Below, in pieces: positions 10,168 to 20,307 of a DNA stretch of 64,000 nt. Origin of the DNA: a virus. The notes below the pieces were generated by a model that had not been told where the DNA came from, did no database searches, and saw nothing but the letters and a program-made list of their open reading frames with translations. The stretch is from positions 1-64,000 of IMG/VR virus record IMGVR_UViG_3300046170_000502; one strand, 5' to 3'. A program made the position numbers and the translations under genes. Position 1 is the stretch's first letter; every line of letters starts with the position of its first letter.

Positions 10168-11016
10168 ATGTACATTATACTAGGTAAAAACGGATACATA
10201 GCAGAAGCTATTGTAAAAGAATTAACGTCACGCGATTTACCTCATGTCGCTTGGAGTAGATCTGATGTTGATTATACAGATCTTAAAGAATTAAAGTATA
10301 ATCTTTATATTTTAGGTGATGACTTGCATATTATAAATTGTGCAGGGTATATCGGCAAGCCAAATGTTGACGCTTGCGAATTAGCAAAAGCTGATTGCAT
10401 AGAAGGTAATGTTTTATTGCCTCTAATGCTTGCTCAACTATGTTGCGAAAAGAAATACGAATTCACTCAAATATCTTCGGGTTGTATTTATGGAGGGTGC
10501 GAAAAACATTTTACTGAAAAAGATGCCCCCAATTTTGATTTCCAAAATGGTAGTTTTTATAGTGGAACAAAAGCTCTTGCAGAGAAAGTCGTATTACAAA
10601 ATAATCCAAATAGTTATGTGTTCAGATTGCGTATTCCATTTGATGAATATGAATCTCCAAGAAATTACTTAACTAAATTATTATCTTATGACACTTTGTT
10701 AGATGCAGAAAATTCTTTATCGCATCGTGCAGATTTTGCTAAATATGTAATGGAGTTAATTGAGCAAAAAGCGCCGCATGGAATTTATAATGTTACAAAT
10801 AAAGGGAGCGTCACGACTAGAGATGTCGTACAGTTAATTAAAAAATATAATTTATCAAATAAAGATTTTAAGTTCTTTGATAATTTAGAATCTTTCGGCA
10901 AAGAAACAGTAGCCCCAAGATCAAATTGTGTTCTCGATACAACAAAAATCGAACAATATATTAAAATAAGAACTGCGCAAGAAGCGCTAGAAGATGCATT
11001 ATCCAAATATAAATAA
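10168..11016 (+). CDS. RmlD-like NAD(P)-dependent NDP-sugar epimerase/reductase
   Basis: ILGKNGYIA, GKPNVDACE, SSGCIY, FYSGTK (YxxxK), LRIPF. Confidence 0.85.
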   Translation: MYIILGKNGYIAEAIVKELTSRDLPHVAWSRSDVDYTDLKELKYNLYILGDDLHIINCAGYIGKPNVDACELAKADCIEGNVLLPLMLAQLCCEKKYEFTQISSGCIYGGCEKHFTEKDAPNFDFQNGSFYSGTKALAEKVVLQNNPNSYVFRLRIPFDEYESPRNYLTKLLSYDTLLDAENSLSHRADFAKYVMELIEQKAPHGIYNVTNKGSVTTRDVVQLIKKYNLSNKDFKFFDNLESFGKETVAPRSNCVLDTTKIEQYIKIRTAQEALEDALSKYK

Positions 11017-11440
11017 AATAAAAACAGGGATAACATTCTCAACCTTTGACCTTCTTCACTCTGGCCATATTGCCATGCTTCGTGAAGCAAAAGAGCAATG
11101 CGATTATTTAATTTGTGGATTACATGTTGACCCGCAGGTTGAGCGCCCACAGAAGAATGCGCCTATCCAGAGTATTGTAGAAAGATACATTCAATTATCG
11201 GCGGTTAAATATGTCGATGAGGTTGTTCCATATAATCTCGAAAAAGATTTGGCGGATATTTTATTAACTTACCCAATTAATGTTAGAATAATTGGCGCCG
11301 ATTATAAAGACGTTGATTTTTCAGCAAAACAGCTTTGTATTGACAACGATATAGAAATATACTATAATAGTCGAAGTCACGATTTCTCAAGCAGTGGTTT
11401 ACGAAAAAGAATCGCAGAAAAAGAAAATGCAAATAACTAA
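10994..11440 (+). CDS. Cytidylyltransferase (TagD/RfaE-like)
   Basis: STFDLLHSGHI (HxGH), LICGLHVDP, ERYIQLSAVKYVDEV, HDFSSS. Confidence 0.88.
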   Translation: MHYPNINKIKTGITFSTFDLLHSGHIAMLREAKEQCDYLICGLHVDPQVERPQKNAPIQSIVERYIQLSAVKYVDEVVPYNLEKDLADILLTYPINVRIIGADYKDVDFSAKQLCIDNDIEIYYNSRSHDFSSSGLRKRIAEKENANN

Positions 11441-12206
11441 AGAATTTATTGATAAACTATTAATTTTTGGCGCCGAGCTTTCGCAAGAAGTTTGTGAAAT
11501 ACAAAAGCGCGGTTTTGAAACTTTACAAAAAGACGACAAAAGCCCATTAACAGAAGCTGATCTTCATTCAAATAAAAGAATCTGCGAGTTTTTATCAGCA
11601 AACACAAGCGTTGCAAATATAATATCCGAAGAAAATAAAGAGATTAAATACGAAGAGCGCGTAGGATGGGAGTATTATTGGCTTATAGACCCCATAGACG
11701 GCACAAAAGAGTTCGTGAAGGGTGGAGATGACTTTTGTATTAATATCGCTTTATGTAAGCATAATGAGCCTATATTTGGCTATGTAGCTTGCCCCAAAAA
11801 GAAAGATCAATATTACGCTATACAAGACCGAGGTGCATTTAAAAACGGCGAACCGATTTACGCCAAATATTGTTATAATCCACAGGGTGAATCAATCAAA
11901 GTGGTTGCAAGTAAATCCCATTTAAATAAAGAAACAGAAGATTTCATTGAAAATCTAAAAAAAGACCATAAAGTGGAGACTTTAAATATTGGAAGCTCCT
12001 TAAAATTCTGCCTCGTTGCGGAAGGCAAAGCTCATTTATATCCCCGATTTGGTCTTACAATGGAATGGGATACCTGCGCTCCACAAATAATCGCCGAAGA
12101 AAGTGGGGCTACAGTATTAATTTCAGATACAAAAGAGCGATTGTCCTACAATAAAGAGAATCTTCTTAATCCCTTTTTTATAGTTTCTTCAAAAAGTTTT
12201 AAATAG
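11427..12206 (+). CDS. cysQ: 3'(2'),5'-bisphosphate nucleotidase (inositol monophosphatase family)
   Basis: SPLTEAD, ISEE, WLIDPIDGTKEF, GSSLKFCLVAEG, YPR.G.TMEWDTCA. Confidence 0.9.
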   Translation: MQITKEFIDKLLIFGAELSQEVCEIQKRGFETLQKDDKSPLTEADLHSNKRICEFLSANTSVANIISEENKEIKYEERVGWEYYWLIDPIDGTKEFVKGGDDFCINIALCKHNEPIFGYVACPKKKDQYYAIQDRGAFKNGEPIYAKYCYNPQGESIKVVASKSHLNKETEDFIENLKKDHKVETLNIGSSLKFCLVAEGKAHLYPRFGLTMEWDTCAPQIIAEESGATVLISDTKERLSYNKENLLNPFFIVSSKSFK

Positions 12207-12283
12207 TTCTTGACTTTTGTTTTAACATGAAAATAAGAACTACTCAACAAGCATTATCCAAATATAAACAATAGTGTAAATAT

Positions 12284-12392
12284 ATGAGTGAAAAAAATTT
12301 TAAGAAAATTGTTTGATTTTACTTTGATGTTTTTCGCTTTTTGGTATTACCTTTTAATTGAACCTATTGTAAAATATTTTAGAGGGTATTAA
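12284..12392 (+). CDS. Small membrane protein with apparent +1 frameshift (A7 12291-12297)
   Basis: Corrected: MSEKILRKLFDFTLMFFAFWYYLLIEPIVKYFRGY*; GTGTA motif upstream. Confidence 0.35.
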
Positions 12393-12554
12393 CTATTTTC
12401 GGGGTAAAAATATAATACCCAAGGCAAATATCACATAAGCGATAAGAAATAAGTTCCACAGATCAACGAGCATTTGCATAATAATTTTATTGTGTTATAC
12501 ATTATTACACCCAAACATCTTGACAAGATCGTAAATATGTGGTACAATTAGAGC

Positions 12555-13571
12555 ATGACAACAATACTAGGATTAACTTGCATCAGCGAAGAATTAAAAG
12601 ATAAAGATAAAAAGAAATACTCATTTCGAACAATGACTCGCAAAAGATTCAATGATTTGTGTACCTCTGAAGGTAAAAATGAAGCACTTAATCAACTCTC
12701 TGAAAGAATTTTGCACAATGTTATTGTTACTCAATATATTATCAATCATTGTAGTGCCACAAATATTAGGCATTATCGTCTTAGTTCTTCTCTTTTTCCT
12801 CTCCTTACCGATCAAACTTTGGAAATATCTCTTGAAGATCTTCCGAATTACGCCACGATCACACAGGAACTAAGGCAAGCGGGATTAATTGCTCAAACAT
12901 TGAGAATCTCTATCGGCTCTCACCCTGATCAATTTAATGTTCTTGCGTCAAATAATAAAGATGCAGTAAGACGAACGATAAATGAATTAAATTTTCAAGC
13001 AAGCGTTCTTGATCAATTAGGTTTACCCCAAGATCATTCTGCCCCAATGAATATTCATATTAATTATACTCCACAAGCAGATGAAACATTAGAGATCGTT
13101 GCTACCAGATTTTTCCGCAATCTATCTATGTGTGATAAAGGAGTTTATAAGCGTTTGACTATAGAAAACGAAGACAAAGGTTTTTTTAATGTAGATAACT
13201 GCATAAAATTTAGCGACCACTTATATAATACATTCGGAGCTCAAATACCTGTCTGCTATGACAATTTGCATGATTTTTGCAATCCATCAGAGGAACGCAA
13301 TATTACATTTCAAGCAGAGAGATGTGCTTACACATGGGTAAATACAGACAAACCGCATGACGATGAATGCGAGGCGGTGGCAGATTATTTTGCTCCTGTA
13401 TTTCATTGGTCTGAAGGTAAGCCCGAAAAGCCAAGGGCACACGCAGATTATTTCGCTCTTGGAAATACTCCCCCTCATATTGCGATAGATGTAGATAGAC
13501 CCGCAAAGTGGGAATGTGAAGTTAAAGGCAAAGATAAAGCTATTCGCTTACTGCAAAAAGCTTTAGCTTAA
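12555..13571 (+). CDS. uvsE: UV-damage endonuclease (UVDE/UvsE)
   Basis: YRLSSSLFP, HPDQFNVLAS, NIH, RLTIENEDK, YDNLH, FHWSE, AHADY. Confidence 0.92.
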   Translation: MTTILGLTCISEELKDKDKKKYSFRTMTRKRFNDLCTSEGKNEALNQLSERILHNVIVTQYIINHCSATNIRHYRLSSSLFPLLTDQTLEISLEDLPNYATITQELRQAGLIAQTLRISIGSHPDQFNVLASNNKDAVRRTINELNFQASVLDQLGLPQDHSAPMNIHINYTPQADETLEIVATRFFRNLSMCDKGVYKRLTIENEDKGFFNVDNCIKFSDHLYNTFGAQIPVCYDNLHDFCNPSEERNITFQAERCAYTWVNTDKPHDDECEAVADYFAPVFHWSEGKPEKPRAHADYFALGNTPPHIAIDVDRPAKWECEVKGKDKAIRLLQKALA

Positions 13572-14399
13572 ATCATGCAATGCAATATCAAAATCAGCAT
13601 TAACTGCACCATTGTTGCCATCTGAATCTACAATATTAAATATTATATCTGTTTTGGGTTGTAGTTTTGTTGGGAAGTCAAGACTTCTTTGTGTGTCGTG
13701 ATCTGTTCCAAAAGATACAATTTCGCGAACTCGAAATACTTTGCCAAATTCGCGTGACCTTATTTGTGCGGTAAAATTAATACTTGCTGAACTTGATTTC
13801 TGGGCAGATAAACTATATTTAGTAAAATAACCAATTTTATCGGCGGGTATTGTATATACGCACATTAATGTTTGATTGTTACCATCAAGAATTTTAGCGT
13901 AATCAATAGAGCCTCCAACTTCATTGATTGTTATGTTTCCCACGAAATCGACATTCCCATTGTTATATGCTCTAAATATGCGTGTCCAAGTTCCTATATT
14001 CACAGGAGTCGAGCCTGTGAGCGTGCCTGTCCAAGTTTTTTGCAGAAAGTTTTCGTCCAACCCTTGAACAACTACATCTTGAGCGTCTGACCCATCGGAT
14101 GATACAATTTCCATATCTTCTCCGACATCATTTGGAAAAATATATTCATTTGATCCATCCCAAATGGTTTCGGGGCTACTGACAGATAACCCACTATTCT
14201 TGATGCTTGGGTTGCTTCCAAATTTATGAATAAACGCACTAGCATTGAATGTTATGTTATCCAAATATGAACCGCCAAATCCCTCTTCCATAGGAATCCA
14301 TCTTGCACTTTCGCGTTCCCACACATAATTAAAAGGTATTGTAAAATTGCGGTGCGGCACAAGCTCGCTAGAGTCATCAAATCTTGGTTGTTTAGTCAT
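13563..14399 (-). CDS. Conserved phage protein, possibly virion-associated
   Basis: KFG.N..ETIWDG..Y.FP, SSDGSD..VQGLDEN, NQTLMCVYTIPA; GTGTA motif 10 nt upstream. Confidence 0.55.
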   Translation of the reverse strand: MTKQPRFDDSSELVPHRNFTIPFNYVWERESARWIPMEEGFGGSYLDNITFNASAFIHKFGSNPSIKNSGLSVSSPETIWDGSNEYIFPNDVGEDMEIVSSDGSDAQDVVVQGLDENFLQKTWTGTLTGSTPVNIGTWTRIFRAYNNGNVDFVGNITINEVGGSIDYAKILDGNNQTLMCVYTIPADKIGYFTKYSLSAQKSSSASINFTAQIRSREFGKVFRVREIVSFGTDHDTQRSLDFPTKLQPKTDIIFNIVDSDGNNGAVNADFDIALHDLS

Positions 14400-14542
14400 C
14401 TATTATATATACACAAAAATAAAACTCTTGACAATAGACTCGCTTTTTAATATAATATCATTTATGTTTTATAATTGGAATTTTATTTTTGAGTTGCTCA
14501 TTATCGTGGGTATCATACTTATGTTTGTGTTTTTTATGTAAA

Positions 14543-15163
14543 ATGACTGATATAATTAAAGAAAAAAAATGTAAGAAATGCGATCAAGACAAAGATTTAA
14601 ATTGTTTTTACAATCATAAGGGCGGAAAACACGGAAAGAGTTCTATATGTATAGATTGCGAAAAAACGAGAAAAGCTTCTCATTATAAGAACGGGGGGAA
14701 AACTACCATTCAAGCGTACTACAAAAAAAATAAAGACAATCTACTCAAAAAACAAAAGGCGTGGGCGAAAAAAAATAGAGAGTATTTAAATAACAGGGAA
14801 AAGAGACTCTATAAAACAGACCCTCTGCTTAAATGCAAAAAAAAATGCAGGACTATAGTCAGACAAGGTTTCAAAAAACATTTACTTGGTAAAAAACCTA
14901 AAGTTCCAAGTTTTCTTGGTTGCACATGGATCGAGTTAGAAAAACATTTCTCCTCTAAATTCTATAAACACCCCAAAACCAATCAAGAAATGAATTTTGC
15001 TAATCACGGCTCTTTGGGTTGGCACATAGATCACATTAAACCATTAGATTCAGCTCTGACTGAAAAAGAAATAATCGAATTATGCAATTTTAGCAATCTT
15101 CAACCAATGTGGGCGGAAGAAAATATTAAAAAGTCAAATTATGAGAAAGAAAATATCAAATAA
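14543..15163 (+). CDS. HNH homing-endonuclease-like protein with N-terminal Zn finger
   Basis: CKKC..CIDC; FLGC.W.EL..H; WHIDHIKPL; NFSNLQPMWAEENIKK. Confidence 0.8.
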   Translation: MTDIIKEKKCKKCDQDKDLNCFYNHKGGKHGKSSICIDCEKTRKASHYKNGGKTTIQAYYKKNKDNLLKKQKAWAKKNREYLNNREKRLYKTDPLLKCKKKCRTIVRQGFKKHLLGKKPKVPSFLGCTWIELEKHFSSKFYKHPKTNQEMNFANHGSLGWHIDHIKPLDSALTEKEIIELCNFSNLQPMWAEENIKKSNYEKENIK

Positions 15164-15168
15164 TCAAA

Positions 15169-15281
15169 ATGGCAAAGGCGACTCGCCACGAAATAATACA
15201 TCAAAACAATTTCAAGACAACTACTCCAAAATAAAATGGAAGAGTGTCAAAAAAAAGCTTGACAAAATAAAAGATAAATGA
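15169..15281 (+). CDS. Small phage protein with apparent 1-nt deletion near 15174
   Basis: Adding one A gives MAKGDSPRNNTSKQFQDNYSKIKWK.., a pattern I recognise in small phage proteins. Confidence 0.35.
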
Positions 15282-15406
15282 TAGAATAGTTTCATGGATC
15301 AAATAATAGAGTTGTGGAATTTATCTTGGGGAGATGGCTTGATGCTGACTTTTATGTTAATGGCTCTTTATACCTACAAGGTTTGGATAGATAATAAGTT
15401 TAAAAA

Positions 15407-15724
15407 ATGAAAAACATTGGTTTATTTTTTATTTTAGTATTGACAGGGTGCAATCATTCTGCTATACTTAAACCCGAAGACACTAAAGTTTCTCGTTCAG
15501 TAGAAATGCAACAAGAAATAGATGATCTTCTAGCACTAGATGCATCCTACAAATATGAAGAAAAAATATACTTAGAAGAAATAAGAAAAGCTCAAATAAA
15601 TGATGACGAACAAGCATTTATGTTTTTCATTAGAGAGTATGCAAGAGTAAAAAGATTAGATTTACCACATTGGATGAAGCAAGAACCAAATTATGTCGAA
15701 GGTGGACTAAATATTAAATATTAA
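15407..15724 (+). CDS. Putative lipoprotein
   Basis: MKNIGLFFILVLTGC lipobox. Confidence 0.6.
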   Translation: MKNIGLFFILVLTGCNHSAILKPEDTKVSRSVEMQQEIDDLLALDASYKYEEKIYLEEIRKAQINDDEQAFMFFIREYARVKRLDLPHWMKQEPNYVEGGLNIKY

Positions 15725-15906
15725 AAATGATAGAAAATAATCCAACATTATATAAATATATATTAATTGACACAACTGCACGAGCATCCTACGCAAGATT
15801 AAGTAGTGCAATGTTATCAAAATACGAATCGCAAGAAAAAAATAAAGCATTTAAAATGAACAGAGTTGCAAAGAAATACATACTAGAGAAAGATTGGAAA
15901 TAAATA

Positions 15907-16095
15907 ATGAAAATATTAATTGAAATAAATAAAGAGATTCATAGCGTTGAAAGCGATAGAGAAAATAGCAAAGACTTGTACCACATGATTTTGCATTTCA
16001 AAGGTTTACTTATGGGCATAGGGCACTCCGAAGAAAAAATAGATGGTTGCTTCAAAAGTGCATTGGAAACTCACTTAATACCCAGCTCTGAGTAA
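15907..16095 (+). CDS. Hypothetical protein
   Basis: ORF chain; resembles N-term of next ORF (F/LKGLL..GH/YH). Confidence 0.5.
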   Translation: MKILIEINKEIHSVESDRENSKDLYHMILHFKGLLMGIGHSEEKIDGCFKSALETHLIPSSE

Positions 16096-16112
16096 ATCAA
16101 ACTTCATAAATA

Positions 16113-16484
16113 ATGAAAATAACAATTACAAATTACGATAAGATTTATAGCGTTGAATACGATAACGATACAGATATAGAAAGTGTTGGAGATATGCTTA
16201 AAGGCTTACTTGTCAGTATGGGGTATCACCCATGCAATGTGGATGAATTATTTAATACTGAATATAAATGGTTCACTCAAGAAGAAAGAGATGAAAATAT
16301 GCAAGGTCATAAAAAATATAATTATACCGACCCCGATCACCCAATGTATCTTGCACAAGAAGAAAATTATATGAAAAAATACAATGAAGGTTACGCAAAA
16401 GGTTGGGACGAAGCAAAACACCAAGATAAAGTGCAAAAATTTCAAGATGATCTTTATAAACAAGCGGACGATATGTTCAATTAA
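16113..16484 (+). CDS. Hypothetical protein
   Basis: ORF chain. Confidence 0.55.
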   Translation: MKITITNYDKIYSVEYDNDTDIESVGDMLKGLLVSMGYHPCNVDELFNTEYKWFTQEERDENMQGHKKYNYTDPDHPMYLAQEENYMKKYNEGYAKGWDEAKHQDKVQKFQDDLYKQADDMFN

Positions 16485-16486
16485 AA

Positions 16487-16663
16487 ATGATAACAATAGA
16501 AGACGCAAATAATGAAAGTTATTACATAAATCCCGCGAATGTGGTATATGTAAAACAAAGAGAAAAGTTTTGGAAAATATTGCTCATCACAGGTGAAGCA
16601 ATAATGACCAAAAATAAAGATGGAGCAATGGCAATCGTAAATTCAATTAAAAGATATTCGTGA
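16487..16663 (+). CDS. Small hypothetical protein
   Basis: MITIEDANNESYYINPANVVYV..; GTGA overlap with next gene. Confidence 0.5.
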   Translation: MITIEDANNESYYINPANVVYVKQREKFWKILLITGEAIMTKNKDGAMAIVNSIKRYS

Positions 16664-16950
16664 AAGTTTCAGAACTAGAAGTTAAAGAAAGTTTTGATGG
16701 CGAATTATATTTTCGTCTACCCGATGATGTTTTAAATAGGTTAGGATGGAAAGAGGGGGATGAATTAAAGTTTATTCCTCAAGATGAAGCATTTATTATT
16801 AAAAAAGTAAAATATGAAAATGTAGAACTAGAATTCGATAAAGAAAAATTGCTCAAATACATGACATTCGCACACGAAAAAAATATGACATTTAACGAAC
16901 TCTGCGAAGAAGCAGTAAAAGCTAAAATAGATGAAGTTAATTGCAAGTAA
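16660..16950 (+). CDS. AbrB/MazE/SpoVT-type DNA-binding protein
   Basis: GELYFRLPDDVLNRLGWKEGDELKF. Confidence 0.75.
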   Translation: MKVSELEVKESFDGELYFRLPDDVLNRLGWKEGDELKFIPQDEAFIIKKVKYENVELEFDKEKLLKYMTFAHEKNMTFNELCEEAVKAKIDEVNCK

Positions 16951-17149
16951 TTTTTTATATTATTGCGGTCACGCATTAAGTTTTTTATTGTATTGTGATT
17001 TATTCGCCTTTTTATACCCTCTTTATAGCAAAATAATGTATTGGAGCATGGAACTTGACACAGACCATAAAGTCTGGAAAATGACAATAAATAAAAGAAA
17101 GTTGCACGAAGATTAAAGTCTTGACAAACCTGAAAAAATATGAGATAAT

Positions 17150-17380
17150 ATGAACAACGAAATGATTGAACAAATGACAGAAGATATATATTTCCAAAAA
17201 GGATATGATAAAGGCTTCGCAGATGCACAAGAAATATTATCTAAAAAGTTTGAAAAAATATTAAGTAAAAACGCAAACCAATCATACGAAAAAGGCTTCC
17301 AAGAAGGAGCTAATCAAAAAAATAATAAGCCATGTGTTTGTGGCTTTTGGGGAGATAAAAAAACAAATAAACAAAAATAA
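17150..17380 (+). CDS. Hypothetical protein
   Basis: Promoter TTGACA 17121; internal repeat Y.KG(Y/F). Confidence 0.5.
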   Translation: MNNEMIEQMTEDIYFQKGYDKGFADAQEILSKKFEKILSKNANQSYEKGFQEGANQKNNKPCVCGFWGDKKTNKQK

Positions 17381-17439
17381 TATGCTTACAACATCGACAC
17401 ATCTTAAATATATGTCGATAAAAAGCTAAAATATATACT

Positions 17440-18087
17440 ATGAAAACATTGCACAATACAAAAAATTGCAACTACAGAAGGTTCTTACATAAAAAATTAA
17501 AGCACGGCAAAATAAGTGGTAAGTTTTATAAATTCATTTGCAGAAATTATCCTTACAGAGTTACAACAAGTATAGTGCAAATTTGCGTTAGAGAGGTGCT
17601 TGACGGAAGAATGACCGAAAACAAAGCCATAGCTAAAATGCAAGACAATGATCTTGAATTAAAACGGCAAGCAGAAATGTATAAATCAAATATAGAATGC
17701 CGAAATAAAATAAGCGAAAAAAAAACTGCTAAAAAATTCACAACAGAACAAGATGTTGGGAGAGACATCGCAGGAAGAGAACCTACATACGAAGAATACC
17801 AAAAAGAACAAGCATTTAAAGAAGCAAAAGAATATTTAGTTTTTATTAAAAACAAATTTAAAGCAAATAAAATATCCCGAAAGGTATTAGATCATGCAGT
17901 TATATTTATCAAGAAATGTATAAAAGAAAATTTTTATCTACCTATGAGATTTAAAACATCATTATACAGAATATTCGATAACGATGGTTACAATATTCAC
18001 GCTAGAGAAGCAGAGTTTTTTACATACTTTAAAAACGCATTTTCAAAAACGCACAAATATAGCATTTATAAACAATCAAATAAATAA
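17440..18087 (+). CDS. Hypothetical basic protein
   Basis: 215-aa ORF. Confidence 0.55.
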   Translation: MKTLHNTKNCNYRRFLHKKLKHGKISGKFYKFICRNYPYRVTTSIVQICVREVLDGRMTENKAIAKMQDNDLELKRQAEMYKSNIECRNKISEKKTAKKFTTEQDVGRDIAGREPTYEEYQKEQAFKEAKEYLVFIKNKFKANKISRKVLDHAVIFIKKCIKENFYLPMRFKTSLYRIFDNDGYNIHAREAEFFTYFKNAFSKTHKYSIYKQSNK

Positions 18088-18125
18088 CGCTTGACATTTT
18101 TAAATAGATCAAATATAATATCGCC

Positions 18126-18401
18126 ATGCCATATATACCAACATCAGAAAAAGAAAAAGTAGATCGAGGCTTAATCGCTCTAAATTTATCAGAACTTAAA
18201 GATTCGGGAGCTTTGAATTACGCAATTCATCAAATAATTGCACAATATATTTCGCAAAATAAAGAATCATATCAAACATTTAATGATGTCATTGGGGCTT
18301 TAGAATGTGCTAAAATGGAATTGTATAGAAGATTAATTTCTGAATACGAAGATAAAAAAATTCTCTTAAATAAAGATGTAAAGCCATACTCAAATGAATA
18401 A
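18126..18401 (+). CDS. Conserved phage protein (DUF6899-like)
   Basis: MPYI, GALNYAI, GALECAKMELYRR..YEDKKI..N.DV. Confidence 0.7.
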   Translation: MPYIPTSEKEKVDRGLIALNLSELKDSGALNYAIHQIIAQYISQNKESYQTFNDVIGALECAKMELYRRLISEYEDKKILLNKDVKPYSNE

Positions 18402-18487
18402 ATTTTTAGATTGGGTTAAAGGAACTTTTTTAGCGATTGGCGTACTTTGTTATTGCATTTGGGCGAGTTTTATGCTATTATTTACGA

Positions 18488-18715
18488 ATGAAGATGAATA
18501 ATAATTTATATCAAATGTTAAAAACATCCGCAAAAGCAGATGTAGCGAAAGCTAAGTTAAGCCTTGACTTACTAGGAAACGATGCGGTTGGAATTGGAGA
18601 TCATTCCACCGAAGATTTTTATAAAAATGCAGAAGAAGCATTATCTTTACTTGCGGATGCAGAGGATAGGTTAGAGACTCTGCACAGATTAACCAAAGAT
18701 CAACTTGATATATAA
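18488..18715 (+). CDS. Conserved small phage helical protein
   Basis: AVGIGDHS motif, ..LADAEDRLETL. Confidence 0.65.
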   Translation: MKMNNNLYQMLKTSAKADVAKAKLSLDLLGNDAVGIGDHSTEDFYKNAEEALSLLADAEDRLETLHRLTKDQLDI

Positions 18716-18721
18716 AAGTTT

Positions 18722-18910
18722 ATGTCGGTCAACAATCAAAAGTATGTTGTTGCATGGTCTTTAACTATCAAGCAAAGCCCTTTGCACATCAACGAGTGGC
18801 AAATATTCAACTCTTTAGATAAAGCCAAGAAAAAATACAAACAGCTACTTGGCAGAAAAAGATTATATACTGCATCAATTTCAAAAATAATAAAGTCAAC
18901 AGAAGATTAG
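18722..18910 (+). CDS. Hypothetical protein
   Basis: ORF chain. Confidence 0.45.
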   Translation: MSVNNQKYVVAWSLTIKQSPLHINEWQIFNSLDKAKKKYKQLLGRKRLYTASISKIIKSTED

Positions 18911-18947
18911 GCTTGACAAAGTTTTAAAAATATCGTATTGTATTTGC

Positions 18948-19175
18948 ATGAACAGATTTGAATTAGAAGACGCAATGAGTAATCTTCACCAAATAGGCGA
19001 AGACATAGAAACAATTATATATGCGATTGGAGATTCCCCAATCAAACATACTGAAGATCAACTATTAAATATGTTGATTGGCATGAAACAATTACATGAT
19101 ACTCGCTATCAAAAAATGTGGAATGTGTTTGAGCAGTTAATTAAAAATGGAACAATAGCAAATAAGGATAAATAA
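18948..19175 (+). CDS. Conserved small phage protein
   Basis: RFELE..N.LIGMKQL..KMW.VFE pattern; promoter at 18913. Confidence 0.6.
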   Translation: MNRFELEDAMSNLHQIGEDIETIIYAIGDSPIKHTEDQLLNMLIGMKQLHDTRYQKMWNVFEQLIKNGTIANKDK

Positions 19176-19179
19176 GATA

Positions 19180-19515
19180 ATGTTATTAGAAATAGATAAA
19201 GAAGTTGAATTGTTGATAATTGATAAAGCGTTATCGCACATAAAAAAAGTTGAAGTAAACCCTGACATCGAAACTGATGGAGATAATTTTGACTATTGGA
19301 ATAGCGTTCCATTAAATAATGGAAATTTTATTGACTACAATATTCACGAGGCGAACTTTGGGCAAAAGTATGATGATTTTGATGGGTACGAATGGGGTTG
19401 CTCGGCATATCATGTTGATCCACCCAATGAAGAAAATGAACATCATCAAATAAATACAGAAATAACAAAAGTTTTATTTAATTATAAAAATGGAAATGTA
19501 GCATTTTATGGGTGA
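19180..19515 (+). CDS. Hypothetical acidic protein
   Basis: ORF chain. Confidence 0.5.
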   Translation: MLLEIDKEVELLIIDKALSHIKKVEVNPDIETDGDNFDYWNSVPLNNGNFIDYNIHEANFGQKYDDFDGYEWGCSAYHVDPPNEENEHHQINTEITKVLFNYKNGNVAFYG

Positions 19516-19587
19516 TAAAATTGCTATTTTAGTTATTGTAACAAATGTAATATTAATTATTAGCATGGGAGTTTGGCTATTTACTCA

Positions 19588-19902
19588 ATGAGAGAAGTAT
19601 TATTAAATAATAAAGTTTTTCTTTTTAAATATTTAGATTTTGAAGATTTAATTGAAGCAAATAACATAAAATTGTTCCACCAAGAAAAACAAATAAGAAG
19701 CAGAAAATCATATTCTTTTTGGAAAACTATTGTAGATAAAATGAAAGAGCTTAACTTAATTGAAAAAATTTCTTTGTGCAGACAAATATGGAATCAAATG
19801 GATAATAGAAATCTCTTTGCTACTTGCACTCAATCTCGATTCGATTTAGAATCTTTAGCTTTATGTTTGAAAGAGTCAAATGGATGTAGGGGAGAGAAGT
19901 AA
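19588..19902 (+). CDS. Hypothetical protein
   Basis: ORF chain; ATG start. Confidence 0.45.
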   Translation: MREVLLNNKVFLFKYLDFEDLIEANNIKLFHQEKQIRSRKSYSFWKTIVDKMKELNLIEKISLCRQIWNQMDNRNLFATCTQSRFDLESLALCLKESNGCRGEK

Positions 19903-20104
19903 AAGATATGTCAGATTCCACATGGATCATACATTTTCCTCTGTCTTTAAAAGCGGAATTATGGTAGATGGACTATGGCACGAAGCGAGAGGAGAAATAA
20001 GATACGAGGCTTTAATGCAAGAAGAAAAAGATGGAACGCAAATAAGTTATCTCTTCCCGATCTTTGACCCCGAATCAAATGAATTTGATGATTACGAAGG
20101 TTAA
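19880..20104 (+). CDS. Hypothetical protein
   Basis: ORF chain. Confidence 0.45.
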   Translation: MDVGERSKRYVRFHMDHTFSSVFKSGIMVDGLWHEARGEIRYEALMQEEKDGTQISYLFPIFDPESNEFDDYEG

Positions 20105-20143
20105 AAATATTCTTGACAAATAAGAGCTAATGTGTTATTATAG

Positions 20144-20305
20144 ATGAATATGAAAGAAATAATCCTAAAAGTTTTAGAGGAGTTGCAAGACTCGCAAATA
20201 AATATAAAAAGCGAAAGTGCAAGAGAAATTCTAGCGAACAAAATAGATTTTGAGCTACAAGCACATATCTCACAAATAATAGAATTATCTACTATCGGAG
20301 AGTAA
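20144..20305 (+). CDS. Small phage protein
   Basis: QINIKSESAREILA; promoter at 20113. Confidence 0.5.
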   Translation: MNMKEIILKVLEELQDSQINIKSESAREILANKIDFELQAHISQIIELSTIGE

Positions 20306-20307
20306 AT

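Noticed and set aside
1-12206. Cellular LPS/capsule locus with an integrated prophage
   Set aside because: No Wzx/Wzy/ABC transporter, integrase or att site; glycan genes share the GTGTA motif with phage late genes and are interleaved with phage-type ORFs and tRNAs.
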